NCBI GenBank assembly: GCA_037925075.1
Contig: JAXSNR010000001.1
Span: forward strand, 576,001-640,000
Direction of reading: 5' to 3'
Length of the DNA: 64,000 nt
From: Aquificaceae bacterium
GTDB lineage: Bacteria > Aquificota > Aquificia > Aquificales > Aquificaceae
Each line of letters begins with the position of its first letter. Within the stretch, counting starts at the first letter, position 1. The translations under genes were made by a program, and so were the position numbers. The notes under the pieces were generated by a model. That model was not told the DNA's origin, did not search any database, and was given only the letters and a program-made list of their open reading frames with translations. Positions 8,720 through 18,660 of this stretch are shown here, one piece after another.

Positions 8720-10726
8720 ATGCGTGCCAGCCTAAAGGTTTCTGGAATGACCTGTGTAAACTGTGCAAGAGCCATAGAGATAAGCCTTAAAAAGCTAAGG
8801 GGTGTTCGCAAGGTGGAGGTTTCCTTTGAGTTGGGGAGGGTGATGGTGGATTTTGACGAGGACCTTCTTAGCACCGACCAGATTGGAAGGGTTATAGAAT
8901 CTCTTGGCTACAAGGTTGAAGGGATAGAAGGTAGAAGAAGGTCCTTTGAACTTCTTCTCTTTTGTTGGGTTGCCAGCCTTATCATAATGGCTCTCATGTT
9001 CTTGCATATTCCCTTTAGCCTGTATATGCAAGCTCTTTTAGCTACTTTGGTCCAGCTTGTGGGAGGGTACAGCCTTTACAAGGGGGCTATAAACTCTCTT
9101 AGGGCAAAGGTGGGCAATATGGACCTGCTTGTCGCACTTGGAAGCACTTCCGCCCTTGTGTATAGTTTTCTATCTCTCTTTTCCCTTCTTCCCGGCGAGC
9201 CCTTCTTTGAGACCTCCGCCTTTTTGATAACCTTTGTAAGGACGGGTAAGTTTCTTGAAGAATGGGTAAGGTCCAGAGCCCTCAAGGGCTTGAGAGAGCT
9301 TTTCTCCTTGCAAACCCTTAAACTGAGGGTCCTTAAGGAGGGGAAAGAGGTGGAGAGGTCTCCTTTGGATGTTTTTGTGGGCGATACTCTAATCTTGAGA
9401 AGCGGTGATATGGTTGCGGTAGATTGCAAAATCTTGGAGGGTTCTCTTGAGGTGGACGAGTCCCTCGTAAGTGGAGAAAGTCTTCCTGTGGTCAAATCCA
9501 CAGGTGATAGGCTTATCTCCGGTAGTGTGGTCCTTTCTGGTTTTGCGAGGGCAAGGGTAGAAAAGACCTTCTCAAGCAGTTATGCAAACCTTCTTGTGAG
9601 GCTCGTGGAAGAAACACTTAGCAAAAAGCCAAAGGTTCAAAGGCTTGCGGACAGGTTTTCCCACTACTTTGTCCAGTTTGTGCTTTTGCTTTCCCTTTTG
9701 ACCCTTCTTTTCTGGTATGTGTCCACCGGAGACCTACAAAAGGCAATAAGCTTCTCACTGGCGGTGCTTGTGGTTTCCTGTCCCTGTGCCTTTGGTATTG
9801 CGGTTCCCCTCGCCCTTACCGTAGGGCTTTTTAGAGCATACAAGAAGGGCATTCTCATAAAGGACCCCTCCGCGGTTGAAAAGCACATAGACCTGATCCT
9901 CCTTGACAAGACGGGCACCCTCACAGAGGGCAAGCCAAAGCTGGCCAATTTTACCCTGTACGATGAATCCGCTCTTTCTGTCGCTTGCGGGCTTGCAAAG
10001 GCTTCAAACCATCCCTATTCCCTGTCCATAAGGGACCTTTGCAAGTCAAAGGGTATAGAGGGAGAGGTCCTTGAAAACTGCAAGGAAGAAGCTGGGCTAG
10101 GTGTGGTTTGTGGTGATTACATGCTTGGTAGGTCCGAGGGGGGCGTAGCCCTGTACAAAAAGGAAACAAAGCTTGCGGAGTTCTACTTTGAAGACAAGCT
10201 CAGACCAGAGGCAAAGGAGGTGGTTGATTTTCTCCGCTCAAAGGGCATAAGGGTTTATATGCTTACGGGAGATAAGGAAGAAAAGGCAAGGTCTGTTGCC
10301 CAAAGGCTTGGCATAGACCAGTTTCTTGCAAACGCAAAGCCCGAGGACAAGCTCAAGAAGGTACAGGAACTGAAAGGAGAAGGCTACAAGGTTGGGCTTG
10401 TGGGTGATGGTATAAACGACGCCCCCGCCATGGCTCAGGCTGACCTCTCCTTTGCCTTGGGCTCCGGCACCGATATGGCAAAAAGGGCGGGCGATGTGAT
10501 CCTTCTGAGGGGGCTTGGTGGACTAAGGGAGTTTTTTGAGATAAAGAAGAAAACCATGAGTAGGATAAAACAAAACCTCTTCTGGGCTTTTGTTTATAAC
10601 CTTTTGGGAATACCCATAGCTGGGGGGCTTCTCTATTCAAAGGGTATATACCTCAAGCCCGAGTTTGCGGGTCTTATGATGGCGGTTTCTTCTCTCAGTG
10701 TGGTGTTGAATTCCATAAGGAAATAG
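8720..10726 (+). CDS. copA: Cu(I)-translocating P1B-type ATPase
   Basis: GMTCVNC HMA domain, CPC, DKTGT, GDGIND, YN and MxxSS motifs. Confidence 0.9.
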   Translation: MRASLKVSGMTCVNCARAIEISLKKLRGVRKVEVSFELGRVMVDFDEDLLSTDQIGRVIESLGYKVEGIEGRRRSFELLLFCWVASLIIMALMFLHIPFSLYMQALLATLVQLVGGYSLYKGAINSLRAKVGNMDLLVALGSTSALVYSFLSLFSLLPGEPFFETSAFLITFVRTGKFLEEWVRSRALKGLRELFSLQTLKLRVLKEGKEVERSPLDVFVGDTLILRSGDMVAVDCKILEGSLEVDESLVSGESLPVVKSTGDRLISGSVVLSGFARARVEKTFSSSYANLLVRLVEETLSKKPKVQRLADRFSHYFVQFVLLLSLLTLLFWYVSTGDLQKAISFSLAVLVVSCPCAFGIAVPLALTVGLFRAYKKGILIKDPSAVEKHIDLILLDKTGTLTEGKPKLANFTLYDESALSVACGLAKASNHPYSLSIRDLCKSKGIEGEVLENCKEEAGLGVVCGDYMLGRSEGGVALYKKETKLAEFYFEDKLRPEAKEVVDFLRSKGIRVYMLTGDKEEKARSVAQRLGIDQFLANAKPEDKLKKVQELKGEGYKVGLVGDGINDAPAMAQADLSFALGSGTDMAKRAGDVILLRGLGGLREFFEIKKKTMSRIKQNLFWAFVYNLLGIPIAGGLLYSKGIYLKPEFAGLMMAVSSLSVVLNSIRK

Positions 10727-10734
10727 TGTATAAT
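10706..10734 (+). promoter_or_regulatory. Sigma70 promoter of rpsP-khpA
   Basis: TTGAAT-17 bp-TATAAT, then GGAGGT RBS. Confidence 0.7.
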
Positions 10735-10760
10735 ACATAGGCTATACCGAGGAGGTAAAT

Positions 10761-11000
10761 ATGGCTTTGAGGATAAGAGTTTCAAGGTACGGAAGGAGAC
10801 ATCATCCCATATACAGGCTTGTGGTGGCTGACGCAAAGGCTCCAAGGGATGGTAAGGTGGTGGACATAATAGCCACCTACGACCCAGTAAACAAAAGGCT
10901 TATAGAGGTAAAGGAAGAAAAGCTAAAGGATTGGCTCCAAAAGGGAGCCCAGTTAACAGACAGAGCAGAAGCCATACTCAAAAACGCAAAAATACTCTAA
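10761..11000 (+). CDS. rpsP: 30S ribosomal protein S16
   Basis: MALRIRVSRYG...PIYRLVVAD...PRDG. Confidence 0.95.
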   Translation: MALRIRVSRYGRRHHPIYRLVVADAKAPRDGKVVDIIATYDPVNKRLIEVKEEKLKDWLQKGAQLTDRAEAILKNAKIL

Positions 11001-11013
11001 CAGGAGGTAGAAA

Positions 11014-11253
11014 ATGAGCCAACTTAGGGACATCGTGGAAATAACAGCCAAATCCCTTGTGGACAACCCTGAGAGGGTAAACGTCCAAGAAATTGAGGGA
11101 GAAAAGACGGTGGTAATCGAACTCAGGGTTGACAAGAACGACCTTGGGAAGGTCATAGGAAGAGGTGGGCGCATAGCAAGGTCTCTCAGGACCATCCTTT
11201 CCTCCATGGGCAGAAGGATAAACAAAAGGGTGGTGCTTGAAATCCTTGAGTAG
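11014..11253 (+). CDS. khpA: KH-domain RNA-binding protein KhpA
   Basis: LVDNPE, DLGKVIGRGG; conserved position after rpsP. Confidence 0.9.
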   Translation: MSQLRDIVEITAKSLVDNPERVNVQEIEGEKTVVIELRVDKNDLGKVIGRGGRIARSLRTILSSMGRRINKRVVLEILE

Positions 11254-11269
11254 TTTATAATAGACCTCC

Positions 11270-12409
11270 ATGGGAAGGACTGTAAAAATGGCAGAGTCCC
11301 CCATGGAGGGGCACCCAGACAAACTGGCGGACCTCATAGCGGACGCCCTTTTGGATGAGTTTATAAAAAAAGACCCATACAGTAGAGTTTCCCTTGAAAT
11401 ACTTCTTATATCTGGCATGACCTTTATCGCTGGTCATGTTTCCACAGAGAGCTATGTGGATATACCCGGCGTTGTAAGAAGAACCATAAAGGAGGTGGGC
11501 TACAACAGGCCAGAATATGGCTTTGATGCGGATTCCTCCGCGGTTATAACCTCCATAGAAGAGCAGAGCCCTGAGATAGTTTTGGGTATATCTTCGGAGG
11601 GTGCGGGAGATACCGCAACGGTTGTAGGTTATGCGTGCAACGAAACCAAAAACCTTATGCCCACTCCCATAAGCCTCGCCCATGAGCTTTCTCAAAAGAT
11701 ATCGGAGCTAAGAAAATCCGGCAAGGCACCCTTTTTGAGACCCGACGGCAAGGTGCTTGTGACGGTGCTTTATGAGGACAACAAGCCCCTTTTTGTAAAG
11801 GATATAATAGCCTTCTGCCAGCATGACCCAGAGACCCCCCTTGAAAAGCTCAGAGATTTTATAACCGAAGAGGCGGTCAAAAGGGTTGTACCCCAAAACC
11901 TGATAGGTAAAGACACTCGCATATTGGTAAATCCCTCTGGTAGGTTTGTGCTGGGAGGTCCTGCGGCAGACGCAGGGCAGACGGGCAGGAAGATAGTCTC
12001 AGACGCCTACGGTGATGTGGCTTACTCTGGCGGTAGTGCCTTTTCTGGCAAAGACCCCACAAAGACGGACAGAACAGCCTCTTACATGGCAAGGCTTATG
12101 GCAAAGCATGTGGTGGCAAGCGGTCTTGCGGACAGGTGCATGGTTCAGATGGCTTACGCCTTTGGCATGAGCGAGGTAATAGCCTTTGATATAGAAACCT
12201 ACGGCACAGAGAAGGTGGAAAAGGAAAAGATAAGACAAAGGCTTTTGGAAGTTTTCCCAACAAGCCCCAAGAGGATGGTGGATTTTCTTGACCTAAGAAA
12301 GCCCATATACAAACAGACCGCTTGCTATGGACATTTTGGAAAGGAAAACCTTCCTTGGGAAAGGCTTACAAAGATTGAAGAGTTTTTAGAGCTCAAGGAG
12401 TCTATCTAA
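11270..12409 (+). CDS. metK: S-adenosylmethionine synthetase
   Basis: EGHPDK, GAGD, GRKIVSDAYG, GKDPTK, YGHFG. Confidence 0.95.
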   Translation: MGRTVKMAESPMEGHPDKLADLIADALLDEFIKKDPYSRVSLEILLISGMTFIAGHVSTESYVDIPGVVRRTIKEVGYNRPEYGFDADSSAVITSIEEQSPEIVLGISSEGAGDTATVVGYACNETKNLMPTPISLAHELSQKISELRKSGKAPFLRPDGKVLVTVLYEDNKPLFVKDIIAFCQHDPETPLEKLRDFITEEAVKRVVPQNLIGKDTRILVNPSGRFVLGGPAADAGQTGRKIVSDAYGDVAYSGGSAFSGKDPTKTDRTASYMARLMAKHVVASGLADRCMVQMAYAFGMSEVIAFDIETYGTEKVEKEKIRQRLLEVFPTSPKRMVDFLDLRKPIYKQTACYGHFGKENLPWERLTKIEEFLELKESI

Positions 12410-13234
12410 ATAAACCGCACCCCCCACCGCGCATAGGTCCCTTCCCAAAGCCTGATAAAGACCATCATACCTACCACCACCGGCAACAGGGTAGCCAAGA
12501 GAAGGATGGAAAAACTCAAAGACAAGCCCGGTGTAATAGTCCTGAGGGCGAAGCTCAGAAAGGTCAAAAAGTAGGTTAAGGTCCCTCAGACTTTCATACA
12601 CCTCCAAAAGCCCATCACACTCCAAAGAAAACTCGGGATGCTTTTCCTTAAACTTTTCCAGCACCTCTGGACCGCCTTGTGCGGTAAGCAGTTCCAAAAG
12701 CTCGGGTGCATCAGAAAGCTCTGAGAAGTTCTTCTCAAGCAGGACTTTCTTATGGTTCTCTCCGTACCTTTTTAGAAGGCTTTGGGCTATGCCCACATGT
12801 CCCACGCTCACTGTCAGTTCCCTTAGCCCACAGGCTTTTAGGTAGTCTCCTATCTTCTGGATCACCTCCACTTCCGCCTTGCGTGAAGGTTCTCCAAGAA
12901 GCTCAATACCCACCTGAAAGCTTTCAAACTCCACCTTTGAGGAAAAGGTGTTCCCAAAGTAGAAAACCCTAAGGGGTAGCTCCAATTCCCTTTGAAGGCT
13001 AAGAAACCTTGCAAGGCTTACAGTCCAGTCTTTTCTTAGGCACAGAAGGTTTCCCTCCTGAAGGCTTCCCACCACAAAAGCCCCCTCACCATGAAAACTG
13101 GGACTGTACAGCTCTATGGAGGGAAGCATAATGTACCTGTAGCCAGAAAAGGTTTCACAGGCTTTTAGGAAAAAGTCTTTTAGCTTTTCTGATTCTTCAA
13201 AGTTAAAAAACCGCTCCTGTGGTGGGAATTTCAC
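12386..13234 (-). CDS. hisZ: ATP phosphoribosyltransferase regulatory subunit
   Basis: HisRS-like fold (QVGIEL, YYTGLVF, GGGRYD) without an anticodon-binding domain. Confidence 0.85.
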   Translation of the reverse strand: MKFPPQERFFNFEESEKLKDFFLKACETFSGYRYIMLPSIELYSPSFHGEGAFVVGSLQEGNLLCLRKDWTVSLARFLSLQRELELPLRVFYFGNTFSSKVEFESFQVGIELLGEPSRKAEVEVIQKIGDYLKACGLRELTVSVGHVGIAQSLLKRYGENHKKVLLEKNFSELSDAPELLELLTAQGGPEVLEKFKEKHPEFSLECDGLLEVYESLRDLNLLFDLSELRPQDYYTGLVFEFFHPSLGYPVAGGGRYDGLYQALGRDLCAVGGAVYLDRLLEL

Positions 13235-14265
13235 GGAGAGTTATTATAACAAGAGGAATTCTTAAAGGCTTGACTTTTCAAAAGCACCTCTTCCCACTCT
13301 CTCTCTGGCAAAGAGTCCCAGACTATGCCAGCACCTGCATAGTAAGAAAGCCTATCGCCCGAGCCTATGGCAGTCCTTATAAGCACGCTAAGAAGGAAAT
13401 CTTCACCCTTTAAAAGCCCACCAGCCCCGCAGTAATAATCTCTACTGTGAGGCTCAAGCTGGTCTATGACCTCCACCGCCTTTCTCTTGGGAGCACCCAC
13501 CACGGAGGCAGGTGGAAAGGTATTCTGTAGTATCTCTGGGAGGCTTTTGTTGGTTTTTGCCCTCACCGTGGAATGCATCTGAAAAAGGGTTTTGTACTCT
13601 TCCACTCTAAAAAGCTCTGGCACCTCCACGCTTCCGCACAAGGCTATTCTTGAAAGATCGTTCCTTACCATGTCCGTTATCATGAGATTTTCCGCCCTAT
13701 CCTTTTCGCTCTTCAAAAGCTCTTGCCTTGTTTTTGCGGTTCCCTTTATGGGCTTGCTGAGGACAACCTCCCCACGCTTTTGTAAAAAAAGCTCCATAGA
13801 ACCACTTATGATGTAGAAATCTTCAAGGTCAAGGAAAAAGGCATAGGGCACAGGCTGGCTTTTGTAGTACCTAACAAAAAGGTCAAGAGGTTCTCCCTTA
13901 AGGGAAAAGTCAAATCTACAGGTGAGGTTAAGTTGATAAACCACGCCCTCTGAGATAAGCCTTTTTACATCCCTTACCGCTCCCACATAGCTCCTACTAT
14001 CAAAGGAAGAATACACCTCCTCAAGCCTTACACCTCTTGGTCTATGGAAAAAGCCCTCCACACCATCCAGTTCAAGGTATAAAATAGGAGGAAAGCCCGA
14101 ACTTTTTACCCGCAAGCCCAAGGTTTGAGAGCTAAAAGAATAAGAAAGCACAAGAAAGCCAAAGCCCTTTAGCCTTTCAAGAGAGTCAAGAAAATAAAGC
14201 CTTTTTACCTTAGCCCGAAAAAGCCCCACCTTCCCAAACCAACCACCCGAAAGAAAAAGACGCAT
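13231..14265 (-). CDS. pabB: Chorismate-binding enzyme (aminodeoxychorismate synthase component I-like)
   Basis: PIKGT, KDRAENLMITDMVRNDL, FPPAS-x-GAPK, GAGIVWDS. Confidence 0.8.
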   Translation of the reverse strand: MRLFLSGGWFGKVGLFRAKVKRLYFLDSLERLKGFGFLVLSYSFSSQTLGLRVKSSGFPPILYLELDGVEGFFHRPRGVRLEEVYSSFDSRSYVGAVRDVKRLISEGVVYQLNLTCRFDFSLKGEPLDLFVRYYKSQPVPYAFFLDLEDFYIISGSMELFLQKRGEVVLSKPIKGTAKTRQELLKSEKDRAENLMITDMVRNDLSRIALCGSVEVPELFRVEEYKTLFQMHSTVRAKTNKSLPEILQNTFPPASVVGAPKRKAVEVIDQLEPHSRDYYCGAGGLLKGEDFLLSVLIRTAIGSGDRLSYYAGAGIVWDSLPEREWEEVLLKSQAFKNSSCYNNSP

Positions 14266-14757
14266 TCACAACAGCCTTTTCCACTCTTGAACCATATGCT
14301 GGTCAATGTCCACCAAGACAACCCTCTTAAGGCTCTTAGCTTGAAAACTTTTTATCTCCTCAATCATAGCCTTTGCGGATACATCCTTTGGAAGCCTTCC
14401 CACGCCCGTGCCCATACCCGGCATGGCAATACTTTCAAAACCCATCCTATCCGCAAGCTCCAACCCAGCCCTTACCGCTTTTCTTACCTTCTCCTCAGTG
14501 GTTTCCATGGCAGGCTCTTCCATGGTGGGTGCATGTATAACGCCCTGAAAAGGTAGCTTCCCTGCTGTGGTAAGAACCGCAGACCCAACGGGTATTGGAG
14601 CCTTTGAAACCGCCTCCCTTTCTATCTCCTCACCCCCAAACCTCTTGATAATGCCCGCAACACCACCACCCATAAGACCAAGAGAGTTTGCGGGATTTAC
14701 TATGGCATCCACCTCAACCTCAAGAAGACTTCCAAGATGTACCTCTATGCTTAGCAT
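14266..14757 (-). CDS. Macro-domain (ADP-ribose-binding/hydrolase) protein
   Basis: DAIVNPAN, MGGGVA, VIHAPT, PGMGTGVG. Confidence 0.9.
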   Translation of the reverse strand: MLSIEVHLGSLLEVEVDAIVNPANSLGLMGGGVAGIIKRFGGEEIEREAVSKAPIPVGSAVLTTAGKLPFQGVIHAPTMEEPAMETTEEKVRKAVRAGLELADRMGFESIAMPGMGTGVGRLPKDVSAKAMIEEIKSFQAKSLKRVVLVDIDQHMVQEWKRLL

Positions 14758-14765
14758 GATAAGTG

Positions 14766-14839
14766 CGTCCCCGGGAGGATTCGAACCTCCGACCTCGAGA
14801 TTAGGAATCTCGCGCTCTGTCCTTCTGAGCTACGGGGAC
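14766..14839 (-). tRNA. tRNA-Arg(CCT), CCA not encoded
   Basis: GTCCCCG acceptor stem, anticodon arm CGAGA-TTCCTAA-TCTCG, GGTTCGAATCC T-arm. Confidence 0.95.
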
Positions 14840-14850
14840 TAAGATATATA

Positions 14851-15229
14851 TTATATCAAACCCAGACTTTTTGCGTACTCTCCATATTTTTTATAAGTCT
14901 TTCCTATATGACCTGCAAGCCACCCCATGCCAAGGATAGAGCTTCTCTAAAAGCTACTACATCACCCGATTGTAAGGCTGGAAATAGGTCCTGTATGACC
15001 TTTCTAAAGTTCTCATGTGCCCGCTTATGCCTCTCAAACTCTGGATAGCCTATGCTTTGTAGAAATTTCTCTTCTCTGGTAAGGTGGTAGTCCACATAAT
15101 AAAGAAGCTTTTCCTTAAAGACTGATATTGCCTCTTCCTACCTTCCTTGATTAGCTCATAAACCTGATTGAGAAGTTCAACAAGCATGTTATGGTCCTTG
15201 TCCATTTCTGGCACGCCAGCGAGTAAGTT
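14851..15229 (-). pseudogene. Bacteriohemerythrin pseudogene
   Basis: Three frames give GVPEMDKDH / YHLTREE...HKRAH / WLAGHIGKTYKKY. Frameshifts near 15140 and 14925; no intact N-terminus. Confidence 0.8.
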
Positions 15230-15248
15230 TCAGGTATTTTATTGAATC

Positions 15249-15920
15249 CTATTTCAGAACCTTTGCGGTCTTATGATAAAAGATGTACAAATCCAGCTCC
15301 GCCTGAGACATGTTAAGCTCTCTACATATATCTTCCAGCTTCCTTTCCGCCTCAAGGTATATTTTTCTTGTAAGAGTTTTGTAGTCCTGCAGAAGTCCCT
15401 TTTCCTTTAAGTATCTAAAGATGTGTCTGTCCACTATTGCCACATCCTCAAAGCCTATGTTCCTTAGAAAATGAGAAGCCTCCTTAAGCCCCAAGCCCTC
15501 AATCTTGTATTTGGAACAGCTATCGCTCAACAGGTCTCTAAGTGTTTTTCCGCTTTCCTTTGCACCCTTTAAAAGCTCCTCCACCTTTTCAAACCTTTCT
15601 CTGGCTTTAACTATTCTCTCCACCCTTTGCCTTGTAAAGCGATAGCCAACAGAAGCTATCACTTCTTCCAACTCTTCCAAGCTAAGCTTTCTAAAGCCCT
15701 CAATACCTATCATACTTTGTAGTTTTATACCCATAAGTACGGAAGAGTTGGCTGTTAGAATACAAAAACAAAGCTCGGAGAATATATCCGCCTGATAAAC
15801 ATAGTCCGCAAAAGGTCTAAAGTCAAAGGTAGTTATCCCCTTCTCACCAAGCTCCTTGAACTCCGCAAGCCTTCTATCCACGTAGGGCTTTATACTATCC
15901 TTTTTTAGCTCTTCAAACAC
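15249..15920 (-). CDS. ogg: 8-oxoguanine DNA glycosylase/AP lyase (archaeal/thermophile type)
   Basis: FSELCFCILTAN, GLGLKEASHFLRNIG, IVDRHI HhH motif. Confidence 0.9.
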   Translation of the reverse strand: MFEELKKDSIKPYVDRRLAEFKELGEKGITTFDFRPFADYVYQADIFSELCFCILTANSSVLMGIKLQSMIGIEGFRKLSLEELEEVIASVGYRFTRQRVERIVKARERFEKVEELLKGAKESGKTLRDLLSDSCSKYKIEGLGLKEASHFLRNIGFEDVAIVDRHIFRYLKEKGLLQDYKTLTRKIYLEAERKLEDICRELNMSQAELDLYIFYHKTAKVLK

Positions 15921-17457
15921 CGCAAACCTCCTTTATAAGCTCCTTTGCCCCTTCCAGTGTTTTGCTGTTTACCGTTCCCATAAGCCTTGCTATCTCCTCA
16001 AGCCTTTCCTTTTCTGAAAGTTCTACTACCCTTATTAGGGGCATGCGTCCAATGGATTCTTTTTTTGTGGTAAAGTGCTTGTCTGAAGCACTTGCTATGG
16101 CTGGTGAGTGGGTCACCACTATAAGCTGTGTATTTTTTGAAAGCTCCCTGAGTAGTTTGGCAAGCTTGATGGATGTGGCTCCGCTTATGCCAGTATCTAC
16201 TTCATCCAACACGTAGGTTTGAGCTGGTGGTGAAAGCATAAAAAGGGCAAGGGAAAGCCTTGATATTTCACCACCAGAAGCCACCTCTGATATGTCCCTT
16301 TCATCCCTCCCATAGGAAGAGAAAAGAAACCTCACCTGCTCTCTGCCGTATCTTCCTTCCCTTCCTTCAAAGGAAACCTTAAAGCTCGCTTCTTCAAGAC
16401 CCATATTCTTGAGGTATTCAAGCACCCTTTTTTCAAAATCTTCCTTTGCCTTGAGCCTCATATGGCTTAACTTTTCATAAAGCCTATCAAGCTCTTCCCT
16501 CTTGAGGCTTAGCTCCTTTTCTATTTCTTGCGTGTCCTCTTCCTCAAGCCTTTGAAGTTCCTCTTTTAAAAGTAGCATGTGCTTGTATATGTCCTCGTAG
16601 CTCATCCTGTATTTTCTTTCAAGCGTTTGGACTTTAAATACCTTTTGGTTAAGGTTGTCCAACTCTTCCTGACTGTAGGATATGAGCTTTGACCTTAGAT
16701 TTCTTTCAAGTTCTCTGATGTTTTCCTCAATAAGTTGAGGTTCAAAGCCTTCTTGAAAAACTCCAATACTTGTAAGCTCTTTAATAGCTTTTTTCAAAAC
16801 TTTGAAACCTTCCAATGATGCCTCAATGCCAGAAAGTGCCTGAAAAATAAGGCTATTTACCTTCTCCGCCAAGTTTATCTTCTCAAGCCTATTTCTTACC
16901 GAGATGTACTCATCAGGCGTTAGCCCCACCTCTTGTATCTTCTCTATCTCCTCCAGTATGATCTTCCTTCTTACCTCTCTTTCAATCCGTCTCTGGTTTG
17001 CATTTTTTAGCTTTTCCTCCAGCTCCACCACCTGCTCGTAAAGCTTTTCCACAGATTTTCTGATTTCTACACATCCCCCAAAGCTATCGTAAACATCCCT
17101 TTGAAAGTCCGCCCTTAGTATCTTTGTTCTGTCGTTCTGCCCTTGAAGGAGAAGGCTTGAAGAAAGCAATTCTTCCACCACCTTTTTTGTACTGCCTCTT
17201 CCGTTTAGATAATACCTGCTTCTGCCCTTTGATAATTCTCTCCTTACAACAAAGGGCTCACCCTCTATAAGAAGCTCCGCTTCCACGCAAGTACCCTCTG
17301 GATAGTCTCCATCCTGTCCCATGAGAAAGAGCAAGGAAGCCACCGTAAGGGACTTTCCTGTGCCAGTCTCTCCAGTGATAACGTTCAAGCCCTTGTCAAA
17401 AAAAATCTCCTCATCTTTTATAAAGAAGAAGTTTTCAAGGCTTAACCTTGTAAGCAT
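15913..17457 (-). CDS. recN: DNA repair protein RecN
   Basis: ITGETGTGKS, coiled coil, ASGGEISR, LDEVDTGISG, VTH. Confidence 0.9.
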   Translation of the reverse strand: MLTRLSLENFFFIKDEEIFFDKGLNVITGETGTGKSLTVASLLFLMGQDGDYPEGTCVEAELLIEGEPFVVRRELSKGRSRYYLNGRGSTKKVVEELLSSSLLLQGQNDRTKILRADFQRDVYDSFGGCVEIRKSVEKLYEQVVELEEKLKNANQRRIEREVRRKIILEEIEKIQEVGLTPDEYISVRNRLEKINLAEKVNSLIFQALSGIEASLEGFKVLKKAIKELTSIGVFQEGFEPQLIEENIRELERNLRSKLISYSQEELDNLNQKVFKVQTLERKYRMSYEDIYKHMLLLKEELQRLEEEDTQEIEKELSLKREELDRLYEKLSHMRLKAKEDFEKRVLEYLKNMGLEEASFKVSFEGREGRYGREQVRFLFSSYGRDERDISEVASGGEISRLSLALFMLSPPAQTYVLDEVDTGISGATSIKLAKLLRELSKNTQLIVVTHSPAIASASDKHFTTKKESIGRMPLIRVVELSEKERLEEIARLMGTVNSKTLEGAKELIKEVCGV

Positions 17458-17469
17458 ATAGATTAAAAT

Positions 17470-18660
17470 TTAGCCCAAAATCTTCCTAAGATTTTTCTCC
17501 AACATTTCCAACATGTAGGCAAACTTTCGGTCTTGAGACTTTTTTTCCTCCACCTTCCTTATTGAGTAAAGGGCAAAGGTATGGTCGGACCTTCCAAAGA
17601 GCCGTGCTACTTCCGAGTAGGACATATGAAGAAGAGTCCTACAAAAGTACATGGCTATCTGTCTTGCTTTGAGGACCTTTCTTTCCTTTGTTTCCCTTTT
17701 GAGGTCTTCCTGCTTTAAGTTGAAGTATTTTGCCACATGCCTTATGAGGTCCTCTTCTTTGCGTGCAACTTGTGCGGTGGGATCTTTGACACCGGCAACC
17801 TTTAGAGTTTTAATAAAACCTTCTATTTCCCTTACGCTGTATCCCGTGTTTTCCATCACGTAGTCTATATGCCTTTTGTCGGTAGGAAGTCCAAAGAGCA
17901 AAAGCTTATGCTTCACTATGGACAGTTTTGTCTCTTCATCCAAGCCTATCTCTATAATGAGACCGCTGGCAAACCTACTTAAAAGCCTTTCGGAGATATC
18001 CTTAATGTCCTTTGGATGTCTGTCGCTCACTAACACTATCTGCTTTTCCGCACTTTGCAAAGCTTCAAAGACTCTAAAAAGTTCCACCTGTGTTCTCTCC
18101 TTTCCAGAAAGGAACTGAACATCATCCAGAAGAAGGATATCCACAGAAGCATAGCTTTTTCTAAAGCCTTCTATCTTCCCATCCCTTAGGCTTTTTATCA
18201 TCTCCTCAGAAAACTCTAAGGCTGGTCTGTAAAGGGCTTTAAAGCCATTAGACTTTGCCCCGTTGCCTATGGCATGGAGAAGGTGGGTTTTCCCCAGTCC
18301 CACACCGCCATATATAAAAAGAGGGCTATAAACACCAGGATTTTTGGACACTTCAAGGCAAACCTTGTATGCAAGCTGGTTGGACTTTCCCACCACAAAG
18401 TTGTCAAAGCGGTAAGAGGACAAAAGACCATCCTTTATAAAATTCTCCGACTGCCCCCTTTCCTCTTCATGAGATCTTACCTGTATCTCCTTTCCGTAGT
18501 CGGAAAGCCTTGCCCTTATGTATTCAAGCACCCACCTTTTTTGTTCAAGGGTTGGCGTGATTATAAGCACCCTGCTTGGGGTTTCCTCAATCCTAAACTG
18601 CCTAAAAAAACCCACCGCAAACCTGTCTTTGTTTTCCACAAAAAGCAAAAAATCCCTCAT
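17470..18660 (-). CDS. dnaA: Chromosomal replication initiator DnaA
   Basis: FDNFVVGKSN, YGGVGLGKTHL, LLDDVQ, ARQIAMY, RSDHT. Confidence 0.95.
   Translation of the reverse strand: MRDFLLFVENKDRFAVGFFRQFRIEETPSRVLIITPTLEQKRWVLEYIRARLSDYGKEIQVRSHEEERGQSENFIKDGLLSSYRFDNFVVGKSNQLAYKVCLEVSKNPGVYSPLFIYGGVGLGKTHLLHAIGNGAKSNGFKALYRPALEFSEEMIKSLRDGKIEGFRKSYASVDILLLDDVQFLSGKERTQVELFRVFEALQSAEKQIVLVSDRHPKDIKDISERLLSRFASGLIIEIGLDEETKLSIVKHKLLLFGLPTDKRHIDYVMENTGYSVREIEGFIKTLKVAGVKDPTAQVARKEEDLIRHVAKYFNLKQEDLKRETKERKVLKARQIAMYFCRTLLHMSYSEVARLFGRSDHTFALYSIRKVEEKKSQDRKFAYMLEMLEKNLRKILG

Noticed and set aside
14766..15248. Integrated element at tRNA-Arg, tRNA-Ala or tmRNA
   Set aside because: No integrase, transposase or duplicated att sequence seen; the tmRNA 3' flank is outside the window.
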